Below, in pieces: positions 27,283-37,470 of a stretch of 64,000 nt of DNA. Position 1 is the stretch's first letter. The number at the start of each line of letters is the position of its first letter. Source of the stretch: Acidimicrobiales bacterium (GTDB lineage: Bacteria > Actinomycetota > Acidimicrobiia > Acidimicrobiales > Ilumatobacteraceae); NCBI GenBank assembly GCA_043756365.1, contig JAYURF010000495.1:4445-68444 (forward strand). The letters are read 5' to 3'. A program made the translations under genes and the position numbers. The notes beneath the pieces are model-generated. The model did no database searches and had not been told where the DNA came from. It was given only the letters and a program-made list of their open reading frames with translations.

Positions 27283-28191
27283 ATGCGGTTCGGTCTGAAC
27301 TTCGTCAACGGAGGTTCGCTCTGCGAGCGCGAACCGGCCATCCAACTGGCGGAGCTCGCAGACGAGCTCCAGTTCGCTTCGATGTGGGTCGGTGACCACG
27401 TCGTCATCCCGGTTTCATACACCTCGCGATATCCGGAGCAGGCGGCCGACGAGGTGCCGTTCGATCACGACACGGCCTTCGGTGATGCGGCCTCGTACCT
27501 GAGCTTCCTCGCGGGCATCACCAGCACGGTTCGTCTTGCGACGGGCGTCCTGGTGCTCGCTCAGCACAACCCGTTGGAGGTCGCGAAGGCGTTCGCCACG
27601 GTCGATTCGCTGTCTGGTGGCCGAGTCACGCTCGGGATCGGCACCGGTTGGCTTCGTGAGGAGTTCGAGGCGCTCGGGGTGTCGTTCGACGACCGGCTGG
27701 CACGGACACTCGAGGGCATCGAGGTGATGCGGAGACTCTGGGCCGGGCCCGGCGCGTCGTACTCGGGCACGCACTTCTCACTCGACGCGCTGACGTGCAG
27801 CCCTCGTCCTGTGCAGCCGGGAGGCATTCCGATCTTTCTCGGCGGGTACACCAACACTGTGGCCCGACGAGCGGGGCGCATCGCGAATGGCCACTACCCA
27901 GGCTTCGCCAGCGTTGAGCGGGTCCGCGAGATGCGCCGCGAGATCGAACGGGGGGCTGCCGACGTCGGACGCAACCCCGACGAGATCGAGACGGTGCTCG
28001 CGGCGCCGTACGACTCGCCTCTGACCGTCGAGGTGTGCAAGGAGTACGAGGCCGCCGGCGTCTCCGAGCTCCTCATCATGGTGCCGCACGCAGGCAACTA
28101 CCCGGTCGAGCCGGTCGCGCCGGATTGGTTCGACAGGACGCGTCGAGCGCTCCACGAGTTCAGGTCGGAGATCATGGAGCAGTTCCGGTGA
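27283..28191 (+). CDS. LLM-family flavin/F420-dependent oxidoreductase
   Basis: MRFGLNF..., FASMWVGDHVV, RLATGVLVLAQHNPLEVAKAFATVDSLSGGRVTLGIGTGW. SD GGAGGG before the ATG. Confidence 0.85.
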   Translation: MRFGLNFVNGGSLCEREPAIQLAELADELQFASMWVGDHVVIPVSYTSRYPEQAADEVPFDHDTAFGDAASYLSFLAGITSTVRLATGVLVLAQHNPLEVAKAFATVDSLSGGRVTLGIGTGWLREEFEALGVSFDDRLARTLEGIEVMRRLWAGPGASYSGTHFSLDALTCSPRPVQPGGIPIFLGGYTNTVARRAGRIANGHYPGFASVERVREMRREIERGAADVGRNPDEIETVLAAPYDSPLTVEVCKEYEAAGVSELLIMVPHAGNYPVEPVAPDWFDRTRRALHEFRSEIMEQFR

Positions 28192-28241
28192 CGTCGCTGC
28201 CGCCAGTTGATCCTGCGGCGGCACGGGGGCTGCATCCGCCG

Positions 28242-28623
28242 ATGAGTGCAGCCGAACTCGTACAGGAGGTGTTCGCGTCATCTGCGAGAGGCGACATGGA
28301 TGGCTTGTTCACCTTGTTCGATGACTCGTGTGTGGGCCACGAGGCACCGACGTTGCCGTGGGGCGGGGAGTTCGTGGGCAAGGACGGGCTTCGGGAGTTG
28401 CTCGGCAAGCTGGTGGCGCGTTTCGATCTGACGGCGCGCGTGGTCGAGATCTTCGAGAGCAGCCCGACCACGGCCGTTGCGCTGATCGCGATGGATCTTC
28501 GATCGAAGCGAACGGGTCACAGCCTTTCGGTGGAGGTTCTCGATCACGCGGAGCCGAGACGGCCGGATCGTCGAACAGACGCCGTTCTACTGGGACACCC
28601 AACTCATCAATGAGCAGGCATGA
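28242..28623 (+). pseudogene. NTF2-fold protein of the REAPxLPxGG...PFYWD family, one frame break near its 3' end
   Basis: MSAAELVQEVFASSARGDMDGLFTLFDDSCVGHEAPTLPWGGEFVGKDG... continues after a C-run at 28554 as RDGRIVEQTPFYWDTQLINEQA. Paralogs at 37054, 57603 and 61945. Confidence 0.65.
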
Positions 28624-28808
28624 GGAGCCACCGCCGTGGCGGATGAGCTCCCGCACGCGCGTCGCCGTCTCGTACTTCCTGGCTCGTCACAAGATCCTCT
28701 TGAAGTCTGCGCACCGGTCGGCATAGGTTGCTTCGGTATCCTCGGCGACAACGGACCGAGACGTGGAGATTGCGCCGAACTAGTGCAGGGGTATTGGGAG
28801 GGTGAAAA

Positions 28809-29648
28809 GTGTCCGCAACACGACGGTTCGAGGGCAAGGTGGCGCTCGTCACGGGCGCAGGTCGGGGCCAAGGACGAAGCCACGTCCAACGCGTCGCTGC
28901 GGAGGGCGCCGATGTCCTCGCGCTGGACATCTGCGCCGACGATCCCGCGGTGCCGTATCCGCTGTCGAGCCGCGCTGAGCTCGACGAAACCGTGGCACTC
29001 GCGGAGCGTGAGGGCGTGCGAGCGATCCCGCTCGTTGCGGATGTGCGCGACTCGGCGGTGCTCACGGCAGCGATCGCTGCAGGGGTCGAACAACTGGGAG
29101 GGCTCGACACCGTCTCGGTCAACGCAGGGATCCAGTCGAGCTTCGAGAAGACCGAGTCCACGCCTGACGAGGGCTGGGAAGCAGTGATCGGCGTGAACTT
29201 GACCGGCGCGTTCTACACCGCCCGCGCCGCGATCCCGCACCTGAGAGCTCGTGGTGGTGGTTCGATCACCTTCACCGGGTCCGCGTGCAGCGTCAAGGCT
29301 GTGCCGCACATCGTCGCCTACAACACTTCGAAGCACGGGCTGCTCGGCTTGATGCGAACGATGGCCCTGGAGTACGGCCCGGAGTTCATCCGCGTCAACG
29401 CTGTCCTCCCCACGTCGGTGGACACGACGATGATCCGCCACGAGTCATGCCTCGCGGTGATGCGTCCGGATCTGGACAGCCCTCGGTTCGAGGACACGTT
29501 CGAGGCGTTCCAGGGGCTCAACGTGTTGCCGATTCCGTGCCTCGAAGTCGGCGACATCAGCAACGCGGTTCTGTGGCTTGCGTCCGACGAAGCGAGGTGG
29601 TTGACCGGCGTCGCGTTGCCGGTCGACGCGGGCGCATTGGTGAAGTGA
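28809..29648 (+). CDS. SDR of the carveol-dehydrogenase / mycofactocin-coupled type
   Basis: GKVALVTGAGRGQGRSHVQRVAAEGADVLALDIC...VPYPL...VADVRD..., YNTSKHG, long C-terminal segment ...LPIPCLEVGDISNAVLWLASDEARWLTGVALPVDAG. Confidence 0.75.
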   Translation: MSATRRFEGKVALVTGAGRGQGRSHVQRVAAEGADVLALDICADDPAVPYPLSSRAELDETVALAEREGVRAIPLVADVRDSAVLTAAIAAGVEQLGGLDTVSVNAGIQSSFEKTESTPDEGWEAVIGVNLTGAFYTARAAIPHLRARGGGSITFTGSACSVKAVPHIVAYNTSKHGLLGLMRTMALEYGPEFIRVNAVLPTSVDTTMIRHESCLAVMRPDLDSPRFEDTFEAFQGLNVLPIPCLEVGDISNAVLWLASDEARWLTGVALPVDAGALVK

Positions 29649-29754
29649 GCGCCGCCCGCGCCTCACCACCGTCCTCGCAGCAGCAGGCTCCTCGACTCGG
29701 CGGACACGTCTCCGACGCTCAGCCCTCCCGGAACGGAACGACCGCCGGATTTCG

Positions 29755-30183
29755 TCAGTTAGGGCCCGGTCCGCCCGCGTGCGCGACACGCCTCGCGAAG
29801 CGCCAACCGGCGTCGGTCCTGACGAAGTCGTCCTCGTACACCCCACTCACGGTCATCCGCGGCGTCGCCTCGTCGGATCGCTGGTGTGTCACGAAGAACA
29901 GCGTTCGAGCGTGCGCCGAATCCTGCCCGAGGTCGGTGAACAGCGTGCTGCCTTGATGATGGCGTGCCTGCGTGGCGGAGCGCTCCGCGACCCGATCGGC
30001 CGCAGCTCGCAACTCCGATCGGGTCTGCAGGATCACCTCGCTGCAAGCGCTCCCGAAGTCGTGCATCTCCCAGACAGCGTTCTCGATGAACAGGTTGCTC
30101 CAGCCATCGGCGTCCCTGTCATCCCACGTGAAGGCGTATTCGGCGATGAGGTCGAGCAATGCCAGCCGGTCTTCGACGCTCAT
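29755..30183 (-). CDS. SnoaL_4/NTF2-like protein
   Basis: MSVEDRLALLDLIAEYAFTWDDRDADGWSNLF...YEDDFVRTDAGWRFARR. Starts 8 nt after the upstream LLM stop. Confidence 0.7.
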   Translation of the reverse strand: MSVEDRLALLDLIAEYAFTWDDRDADGWSNLFIENAVWEMHDFGSACSEVILQTRSELRAAADRVAERSATQARHHQGSTLFTDLGQDSAHARTLFFVTHQRSDEATPRMTVSGVYEDDFVRTDAGWRFARRVAHAGGPGPN

Positions 30184-30190
30184 AGAGCGT

Positions 30191-31072
30191 TCATCGGTGG
30201 GTGTGGACCAACGCGGGCGCGAGGCGACGCCATTGATCGAGTGCGAGGACGTCGAATCCGTCTTCGAGAGCCTGGACGCACACGTGGTCTGCACCAGCAT
30301 CGAAATGCGCTCGGACGCGCGCGGCGACTGCGTCCTCGTCACCCCAGGCCACCAGGGCATCGACGAGCCGGTCGCTGCCGCCACCGGCGAAGTCGTCGTC
30401 GTCGAAGCCGAGCCGCCTCCAGTTGTTGAGGTAGTTCGGCAGCGTCAGATAGAGCGCGAGGTGCGAACGACCTGCCGCTCTCGCCGCACCGGGGTCGGTC
30501 TCGAGCAACACGGCTTGTTCGGTGAGCAGCAGCTTGTCCGGTCCCAGGATGTCTCGTGCGAAGGCGGTGTGCTCCGGCGGCACGAGGTACGGGTGCGCAC
30601 CTGCAGTGCGATCCCTCGCCAACTCGAGCATCTTCGGACCGAGTGCGGCCAGCGCCCTCCGCTCTGCCGGGAGCGGGATCGGCGCGCTGTCCAGAGCGTC
30701 GAGGTACTGCCGGGTTCGGGCGACGGGTCGCTCGTACCGTTGCCCTGACGCCTCGACCGCGACGCCGTGACTGTTGCCGATCCCCGCAAGAGAGCGATGC
30801 GGCCCGTAGGTGTCCGCGAATCGCGCGAAGGCCTCCGCAGTGTCGACTGCAGAGTGCCTCCACAGGTTCAAGATGCCCGTGCAGACGACCGCGTTCGTCG
30901 TAGCCCCCAGCAGGTTCTCGACGGCATCGAAGATGTCGTCATTCCCGTCGTCGGGGAACCAAAGCGCGGTGTACCCGAGCTGTTCGGCCTCTGCCGCAGC
31001 GGTCGCTGCCCTGCCGCGATCGCCGAACCGCAGCGCAGCGCTGAAGATCCCGACCCTCCCCAGTTGTGTCAT
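30191..31072 (-). CDS. LLM-family (probable F420-dependent) oxidoreductase
   Basis: MTQLGRVGIFSAALRF...LGYTALWFPD...GILNLW...ALGPKMLELA...YLTLPNYLNNWRRLGF. This pattern is typical of the short F420-type LLM subfamily. Confidence 0.8.
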   Translation of the reverse strand: MTQLGRVGIFSAALRFGDRGRAATAAAEAEQLGYTALWFPDDGNDDIFDAVENLLGATTNAVVCTGILNLWRHSAVDTAEAFARFADTYGPHRSLAGIGNSHGVAVEASGQRYERPVARTRQYLDALDSAPIPLPAERRALAALGPKMLELARDRTAGAHPYLVPPEHTAFARDILGPDKLLLTEQAVLLETDPGAARAAGRSHLALYLTLPNYLNNWRRLGFDDDDFAGGGSDRLVDALVAWGDEDAVAARVRAHFDAGADHVCVQALEDGFDVLALDQWRRLAPALVHTHR

Positions 31073-31118
31073 CGTCGTCCGTTCCTTTCATGCGTCGCGA
31101 CCGCCGGTCGAGAGGTGT

Positions 31119-31961
31119 TCATGCTGCAGCGAACGCAGGAAGGATGTTCTCGGCCGCCCAGTCGACCTGATCCCTCGCGACGCGCAGGTCGTTGTTGATC
31201 ATGAAGAGCAGCAGGTCAGCCCCTGCGTCGCAGACAGCGTGCGCGTACTCGATCTTGTCGGGCCGCGTTCTCATCTTGGCAGCGACTGCGAGCTGGATGT
31301 GCGGCGGGAGTCGGTCGCGCAGCGCTCGCACCTGATCCGGGGTCGGATCGGGATCCCCCCCGAGGATGTTGCCTTGCGCCCGAGCGATGGTCGTCTTGAC
31401 TCCCAGTGGGCCGTCTCCACCGATCCAGATCGGCAAGTCCGTTTGCACCGGGAAGGGCCGCATGCCCATCTTCGGCAGATCGTAGTAACGCCCGTGGTAC
31501 TCGAAGATCGGCTCGGACCAGGCGAGTCGCATGATCTCGATCGCCTCGCTGAGGCGACCCCACTTGTGATCCGACGGATTCCCGAGGATCGCAGCCTCCT
31601 CGGCGCACCATCCGGCACCGAGTCCGAGCTGCAGCCGACCGCCGGAGAGGACATCCACGATCGACGCCTGCTTGGCGAGCGAGATCGGATCACGATTGAA
31701 CAGAGGGACGACGCACGTTCCGACCTTCATCCGCGAGGTCACTGCTGCGACGAACGCGCATCCGATCAAGGCATCGAGGTGCTCCGCATCCGGGCCGTGC
31801 GTCGTGGTGCCGTACGGGTACTTGCTGGCGATGTCCACCGGACCGGCGATGTGATCCGTCAGCCAGAACGAGTCGAATCCCACCTCCTCGAGTCGAACCA
31901 CCAGGTCGACGAAGAGTTGCGGTTCGATGTGGCAACGAGTGCTGAGAGCTCCGATCTTCAC
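31119..31961 (-). CDS. LLM-family flavin/F420-dependent oxidoreductase
   Basis: VKIGAL...GFDSFWLTDHI...KVGTCVVPLFNRDPISLAKQASIVDVLSGGRLQLGLGAGW. GTG start at 31961; the rest of ORF 31119-32447 overlaps the upstream SnoaL gene. Confidence 0.8.
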   Translation of the reverse strand: MKIGALSTRCHIEPQLFVDLVVRLEEVGFDSFWLTDHIAGPVDIASKYPYGTTTHGPDAEHLDALIGCAFVAAVTSRMKVGTCVVPLFNRDPISLAKQASIVDVLSGGRLQLGLGAGWCAEEAAILGNPSDHKWGRLSEAIEIMRLAWSEPIFEYHGRYYDLPKMGMRPFPVQTDLPIWIGGDGPLGVKTTIARAQGNILGGDPDPTPDQVRALRDRLPPHIQLAVAAKMRTRPDKIEYAHAVCDAGADLLLFMINNDLRVARDQVDWAAENILPAFAAA

Positions 31962-31995
31962 CGTCTTGTCCCGGCGGTCGCGCGCGGCATCCACG

Positions 31996-32493
31996 TCATG
32001 TTCGACGGTCGAGCATCTGCCAGGGGCCGGCGGCGGAGCCGGACGCGCCGGCAACGAGCATCCGACGCGATCGGAACTGCCAACCTGCGTCGGTTCGGAC
32101 CAGAGCGTCCACGTAACGGCCATACACCGTGAACTCGGCACGGTCGGGTAGGAGATGCCAGGCGATGAGGTAGCTGAAGGCGTCTGCGGCGTCCGGACTC
32201 GTGAACGTGATCTGGATGTTCGACACATGGTGACTCGTGCCGGCGAGACCAGCCAGACCGTCGAGGAACTCGCGGAACTCGGCGCGACCGCGCATCTCCC
32301 CCTGGAACCCGAGCGTCGGGTGCGCCACGCGCTCGTCACCCGGCCCGTAGTTGGTGATGCAATCATGTGTGAACAGAGCGACGACGTCGTCCGGTTCGTT
32401 GGCGTCCACTGCGCGGCAATACTCCAGCATGATGCGTTCGATCGCACGATGATCGTCGTCTCGGTCGTGATTCATCGGTCCGTCGCCTGTCAA
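31996..32493 (-). CDS. SnoaL-like/NTF2-fold protein
   Basis: DDHRAIERIMLEYCRAVDANEPDDVVALFTHDC...YGRYVDALVRTDAGWQFRSR. First gene of a minus-strand SnoaL-LLM-LLM-SnoaL operon. Confidence 0.7.
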   Translation of the reverse strand: MTGDGPMNHDRDDDHRAIERIMLEYCRAVDANEPDDVVALFTHDCITNYGPGDERVAHPTLGFQGEMRGRAEFREFLDGLAGLAGTSHHVSNIQITFTSPDAADAFSYLIAWHLLPDRAEFTVYGRYVDALVRTDAGWQFRSRRMLVAGASGSAAGPWQMLDRRT

Positions 32494-32697
32494 TCTGCGT
32501 CGCAGCTCCCACTAGCGGATGTTCCGTACACTCTCGCAGCTCGTTCCCGATTTGGCAAGAGCCCCGTCGCTGGGAACGAAGTACACTCTGGGTGCACTCA
32601 GGTGCGAAGACGTAGATGCGGTTTGTCGGAGGGGGAGTCGAGTGTTCCGAAGGCTGGGGATGGCGGTCGGACCGAGGTGCGTGCGGGGTGCTGCGAG

Positions 32698-34762
32698 GTG
32701 AGCGGCGCGGGGACCTCGAACGGCGACGTAGCGGCTCGGGACAAGAACCGACTTCTCGCGGTGGACGTCGGAGGCACGTTCACCGATGTCGTTGCCGTCG
32801 AGGACGGGCAGATCGAGATCGCCAAAGTCCCGACCGTTCCCACCGACACCGAGAACGGCGTCCTCGAAGGTGCCGAACAGTTGAACGTGGCGGCCGCGGC
32901 GCTGTTCAACCACGCGAGCACTCACGGGTTGAACGCACTGCTCACGCGTCGGCTGCCCAAAGTCGCGTTCCTCACGACCGAGGGGCACCGCGACATGCTC
33001 GAGATGGGTACCGCGATGCGCCCGATGCGGGCGCTGATGGACGCGCGCTGGAGGCGCAGCTTCTCCGACGCCTCGGCGCCTCTCGTGCCTCGTTACCTCC
33101 GTCGCGGGGTCACCGAGCGAGTGCAGGCGGACGGCACAGTGTTCAGTCCGCTGGATGTGGGTCAGGCGCGGGAGCAGCTGGCGCTCCTGCGCCGGTGCAA
33201 CGTCGAGGGGGTGGCGATCTGCCTCATCAACGCGCACGCGAACGGGGTCCACGAGCAGGCGTTGCGCGCACTGGACGGCGAGGAGCTCGGCGACGTCCCC
33301 TGCTCGATCTCGAGCGAGGTGTCCCCCATCATCAAGGAATATCCGCGCGCCACGACGACGGTGATCGACGTCATCATGAAGCTCGTCTATGGCGAGTACA
33401 CCCGCAAGCTGCAGCGTGGTCTCAGCGATCTGCAGTTCGAGGGAAGTCTCAACTTCGCCGACTCATCATCCGATCTCGTCGCTGCACAGCATGCGATGAC
33501 GGAGCCACATCGCCTCGTCGTGGCCGGACCCGCGGCCGGCACGGCCGCGAGCGCCCGCCTCGGAGCGTTCATCGATCGGCCGAACCTCGTCTGCGTCGAC
33601 GTCGGCGGCACCTCGTCCGACCGGAGCCTCGTGACCAACGGTTCGCCTCACCGCATGAGCACGCTCGAGATCGAGTGGGACATGGAGCTGAACTCGCCGT
33701 CGACGGAGATCACCTCGTTGGGCGCCGGGGGCGGCAGCATTGTCGCCATCAACTCCTTCGGTGAGTTGACGGTCGGCCCCGCGAGCGCCGCGGGTCGCCC
33801 GGGCCCGCGTGCTACGGGCGCGGAGGCACGCTCCCGACCATCACCGACGCAGGGCTGCTGATCGGGATCCTGGATGCAGATGCGCTCGCCGGCGGGCAAC
33901 TCACGTTGGACGCGCAGCTCGCGGCACGAGCCTTCGAGCAGCTCGACACGCCACTGCCGCTCGGTGACCGGGTGCGGGCTGCGTGGTACGTCGGTCTGCA
34001 CAACATCGCGGAGGGGGTGTTCAACCTCATGCTCCGTCGAGGCGTGGACCCTCGCGACTTCAGCCTCTGCGCATTCGGTGCAGCGGGGCCGATGCTGCTG
34101 CCGTTGCTGCTCGACGTCGCGCACGTCCCGAGCGTGATCGTGCCGCCGTACCCAGGTCTGTTCAGCGCGCTGGGGCTTCTCAGCACGGACCAGGGGTACT
34201 CGGCGAGCCGCTCGCGCTACATCGTGCTGCGCCCCGAGGCTGCGCACGAGATCGACACGTTGCTGACAGAGATGGAGGCGACGTTGCGACAGCGTGTCGG
34301 TGCCGAGCAGATGGTCGTCGAGCGGCGGTTCGACGGTCGACTGGTGGGTCAGAGCTGGACGACGCCGCTGGTCACACTGCCGGCTGGACCGATCACGCCT
34401 GAAACGATCCCGACGATGATCGAGTCCTTCACGACGAGTACGAGCAGCGCAACGGGAACCGGTTCACCCAGATGATGGTCGAGCTCGTCACGCTACGGGT
34501 GTCCGTCACGGTCCCGTCGTCCAAGGTGGAGTACCCGGCGGTCGCGCGGCGAGCGCGAGGCGGACCGAGTCCGTTTCGGACGACCCGGCTGAAGCACATC
34601 GGTCTCGACGGAGTGCCGGTACACGAGTATCACCGTGCCGATTTGTTGTGTGCCGATGAGATCGCTGGTCCGGCGATCATCAGAGAAGCCACTTCGACGA
34701 CGTTCGTTCCCGCCGGACGTGCGATGACGGTCGGCGCACTCGGGGAGTTGGAGATCAAGTGA
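32698..34762 (+). pseudogene. hyuA: Hydantoinase/oxoprolinase A subunit (HyuA-like), two single-base frame breaks
   Basis: LLAVDVGGTFTDVV, CVDVGGTSSD, then after ~33792 GPACYGRGGTLPTITDAGLLIG, and after ~34430 HDEYEQRNGNRF...IIREATSTTFVPAG. The three frames join seamlessly. Confidence 0.8.
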
Positions 34763-37057
34763 CGTCGATGCCCGCAACCGACCGCGAGGCACCTGAAGGA
34801 GAACCCGTGTCAACGGAACCCATGATGCGTAGTGGTTCGGCGACGCTCGCGACCGTGCCGCCAGGAGCGGAGACCCGTCTGCGCAACCTGAACCCGGCGG
34901 AGTTCGAGGATCGGTACGACGCTGACCGATTCACCATCTCGATCCTGTCGTCGCGCTTCGAGTTCATCATGGAGCACCTCTCCGGACTCGTGCTCCGGGG
35001 GGCGTTCTCCGCGGTCATTCGTGAGTTCTACGACTTCTCGGGGGCGATCAGCGCTCCACCGTCTCTCGACTTCGCGACATTGGCTGTCGCGAAGTCGTTG
35101 CCGACGTTCTTCGGCTCGCTCGAGCACGCCGTCCGCACCTCTCTGCAGGAGTTCGGTGTCGAGCGGTTGCAGCCAGGGGACGTGCTCGTGTGCAACGACC
35201 CCTACCGGGCTGGTACCCACGTGAACGACGTGTGCTTCATCCGACCCGTGTTCTACGACGGTCGCATCATCAAACGTCGTCACGATCCGTGCGCACATCT
35301 CGGATCTCGGGGGCACCGTGCGGGGAGGGTTCTCTCCGTCACTGCCGAACAAATACGAGATCGGGCTCACCGTGCCGCCGATGCTGCTCTTCCGCGATGA
35401 CGTGCCCGTGCGTTCCACCCTCAGCCTGTTCCTCGACAACGTTCGGATGGGGGACGCTCTGCTCCCGGATCTGCACACCATCCACAGCGCGCTCGTCGTC
35501 GGCGATCAACTGCTGCGCGAGACCGCCGAGAGGTACGGGCCCGCGGCGCTTCTCGGCGCCGCCCGCTATGTCTGCGATGCGTCTGCGGAAGCAGTCAGGT
35601 GTGCCCTCGAGGCATATCCCGATGGCGAGTACGTCGCTGAGGACGTGCTCGACTGTGACGGGCAGGACGACTCCGTCTCGTATCGGATCGTCACCACCGT
35701 CCGCAAAGTCGGTGGACGTGCCGAGATCGATTTCAGTGGGACCTCCGAGGAAGCACGCACCTCCCTCAACGCCGCGTGGCCAGACCTGAAGTCGTGCGTC
35801 GCGTTCGGACTCATGTATCTCCTGACGCCGCACGACAGGTTCACGTCAGGGATCCTTCGCCATGTCGACATCTTGGCGCCGGGCGGAACGATCATCAACG
35901 CGATTCCGCCGGCACCGATCATGATCTACTGGGAGGCGAACTTCGCGGTCGGACGGACGCTGTTCAAGGCGCTCGGCGCGGCACTCGGCGCTCGCGGCAT
36001 CGCCGGCGATTCGAACACTCCCGCCCATTTCGCCTTCGGTGTGCGTGATGACGGTTCGCCGTGGATGGAGGCGGCATCGTGCGGCGGATCCACGGGACCC
36101 TGGGGTGCCACTGACGCCGGCGACGGGGAGAACACTCAGCCGAACTACTTCTCGAACTACACGCGACATCCGGTGGAGTCGGTCGAATCGAACAGCCCGC
36201 TCCTCCTGCTTCGTCACGAGTACGTGCCGGACACCGGCGGATGCGGCGAGCACCGCGGTGGTGTGGCGAGTGCCAAGGACTCGCTCTGGCTGACCGATGC
36301 ATCGGCCGCTGCATTCTCGATCCACGAGAAGTCGCGGGCCGGGCACGGTGCGTTCGGTGGCAGCGACGGCAACCCAGGGGGTGTGTGGCTCTGGCGGAAA
36401 CCTGACCTCGGCGCGCATCCGTTCTTGTTGCCGCTCGGCGACGACGAATGCCGGACCAGCACACCGGTGGCAGGAACCCTCGACCCCGACAGCCTGACAC
36501 CTGACGCGGAGGGCACCTACTTCTACTTCGGCCGCGAGAAGGTGTGGCAGACGGCTCCAGGAGCGATCTGGCGTTACCTGGTGCAGGGCGGTGGAGGCTG
36601 GGGTGATCCTCTCCAGCGGGATCCGGCTGCAGTGCTGCGCGACGTTCGCGACGGCTACGTCTCCGTCGCAGGGGCGCAGTCCGACTACGGCGTGGTCGTG
36701 ACAGGGGATCCCGACACCGATCCGGAGGGGATTGCTGTCGACGAGGCGGCAACGACCGAGCTACGGGCCGAGCGCCGGAATGGACGCAACACGGCGCCGT
36801 CGCCGCCCCGAACGGCCGCTGTTGCAGAGGTGAACAGCACCTTCGCCCCCCCTCGGATCCTTCATCGCGAGGCGGTGGAGAGCCGTTGCGACGTCTGCGA
36901 CAGCGATGACATCGCCCGGTACCCCGTGCTGTCAGAGGGAGGCTGGTGGCTGGTCGTGAAGTGTCAGCGCTGCCTCGTCACCCTCGAGCGGAGCCGGTGG
37001 AGTCGGCTGGGCGACGTGAGACTGTTGTCCGATTCCGAGACGACCGCCCGCAACTAG
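34759..37057 (+). pseudogene. hyuB: Hydantoinase B/oxoprolinase subunit (HyuB-like) with Cys4 C-terminal extension, one frame break
   Basis: VLVCNDPYRAGTHVNDVCFIRPVFYDGRII | NVVTIRAHISDLGGTVRGGFSP (AAA run at 35272), ...GGCGEHRGG..., DYGVVV. Then a ~130-aa tail with CDVC...CQRC (36887-36973). GTGA overlap with hyuA. Confidence 0.8.
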
Positions 37058-37446
37058 CGCGCGGACGCCATGCGTGCGATCTGCGCGCCGTCCCAGTAGA
37101 ACGGCACCGCCTCGACGATCAATCCGTCTCGACTCCGGAAGATCTCGAGAATGGGCATGTCGACTGCCCGACCGTCGGTCGTCGTCATGCGCATCATCGT
37201 GTGCAGGATCACCGTCGAGTCGTCGATCTCGTAGACGTCCAGCAACGTCGCTTCCATCTGGAAGTTCTCCGCCATCGCAGCGAAGAGCGCCTGCATCCCG
37301 TCGTGTCCCACCCAGTCTCCGCCGAACGGCAGGCCGGGCGCCTCACGGACGACACAGTCGGGCGAGAAGCATTCGAGCATCCGCGACATGTCGCCCGCGG
37401 CGAATGCATCGCTCACTTCCTCCTGCAGTTGCTTGGCGGTCTTCAT
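37054..37446 (-). CDS. NTF2-fold protein, REAPGLPFGG...PFYWD family
   Basis: 130 aa; MKTAKQLQEEVSDAFAAGDMSRMLECFSPDCVVREAPGLPFGGDWVGHDG...RDGLIVEAVPFYWD. SD GGGAGGA. Confidence 0.75.
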   Translation of the reverse strand: MKTAKQLQEEVSDAFAAGDMSRMLECFSPDCVVREAPGLPFGGDWVGHDGMQALFAAMAENFQMEATLLDVYEIDDSTVILHTMMRMTTTDGRAVDMPILEIFRSRDGLIVEAVPFYWDGAQIARMASAR

Positions 37447-37470
37447 CTGGTCCTCCCTGTGTTTGCTGCG

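Noticed and set aside
28809-29648. Presence of a mycofactocin system in this window
   Set aside because: Only SDRs of the mycofactocin-coupled type are recognisable. No radical-SAM MftC, MftA/B peptide-chaperone pair, MftD, MftE or MftF-like genes are present, so nothing can be claimed beyond the SDR subfamily resemblance.
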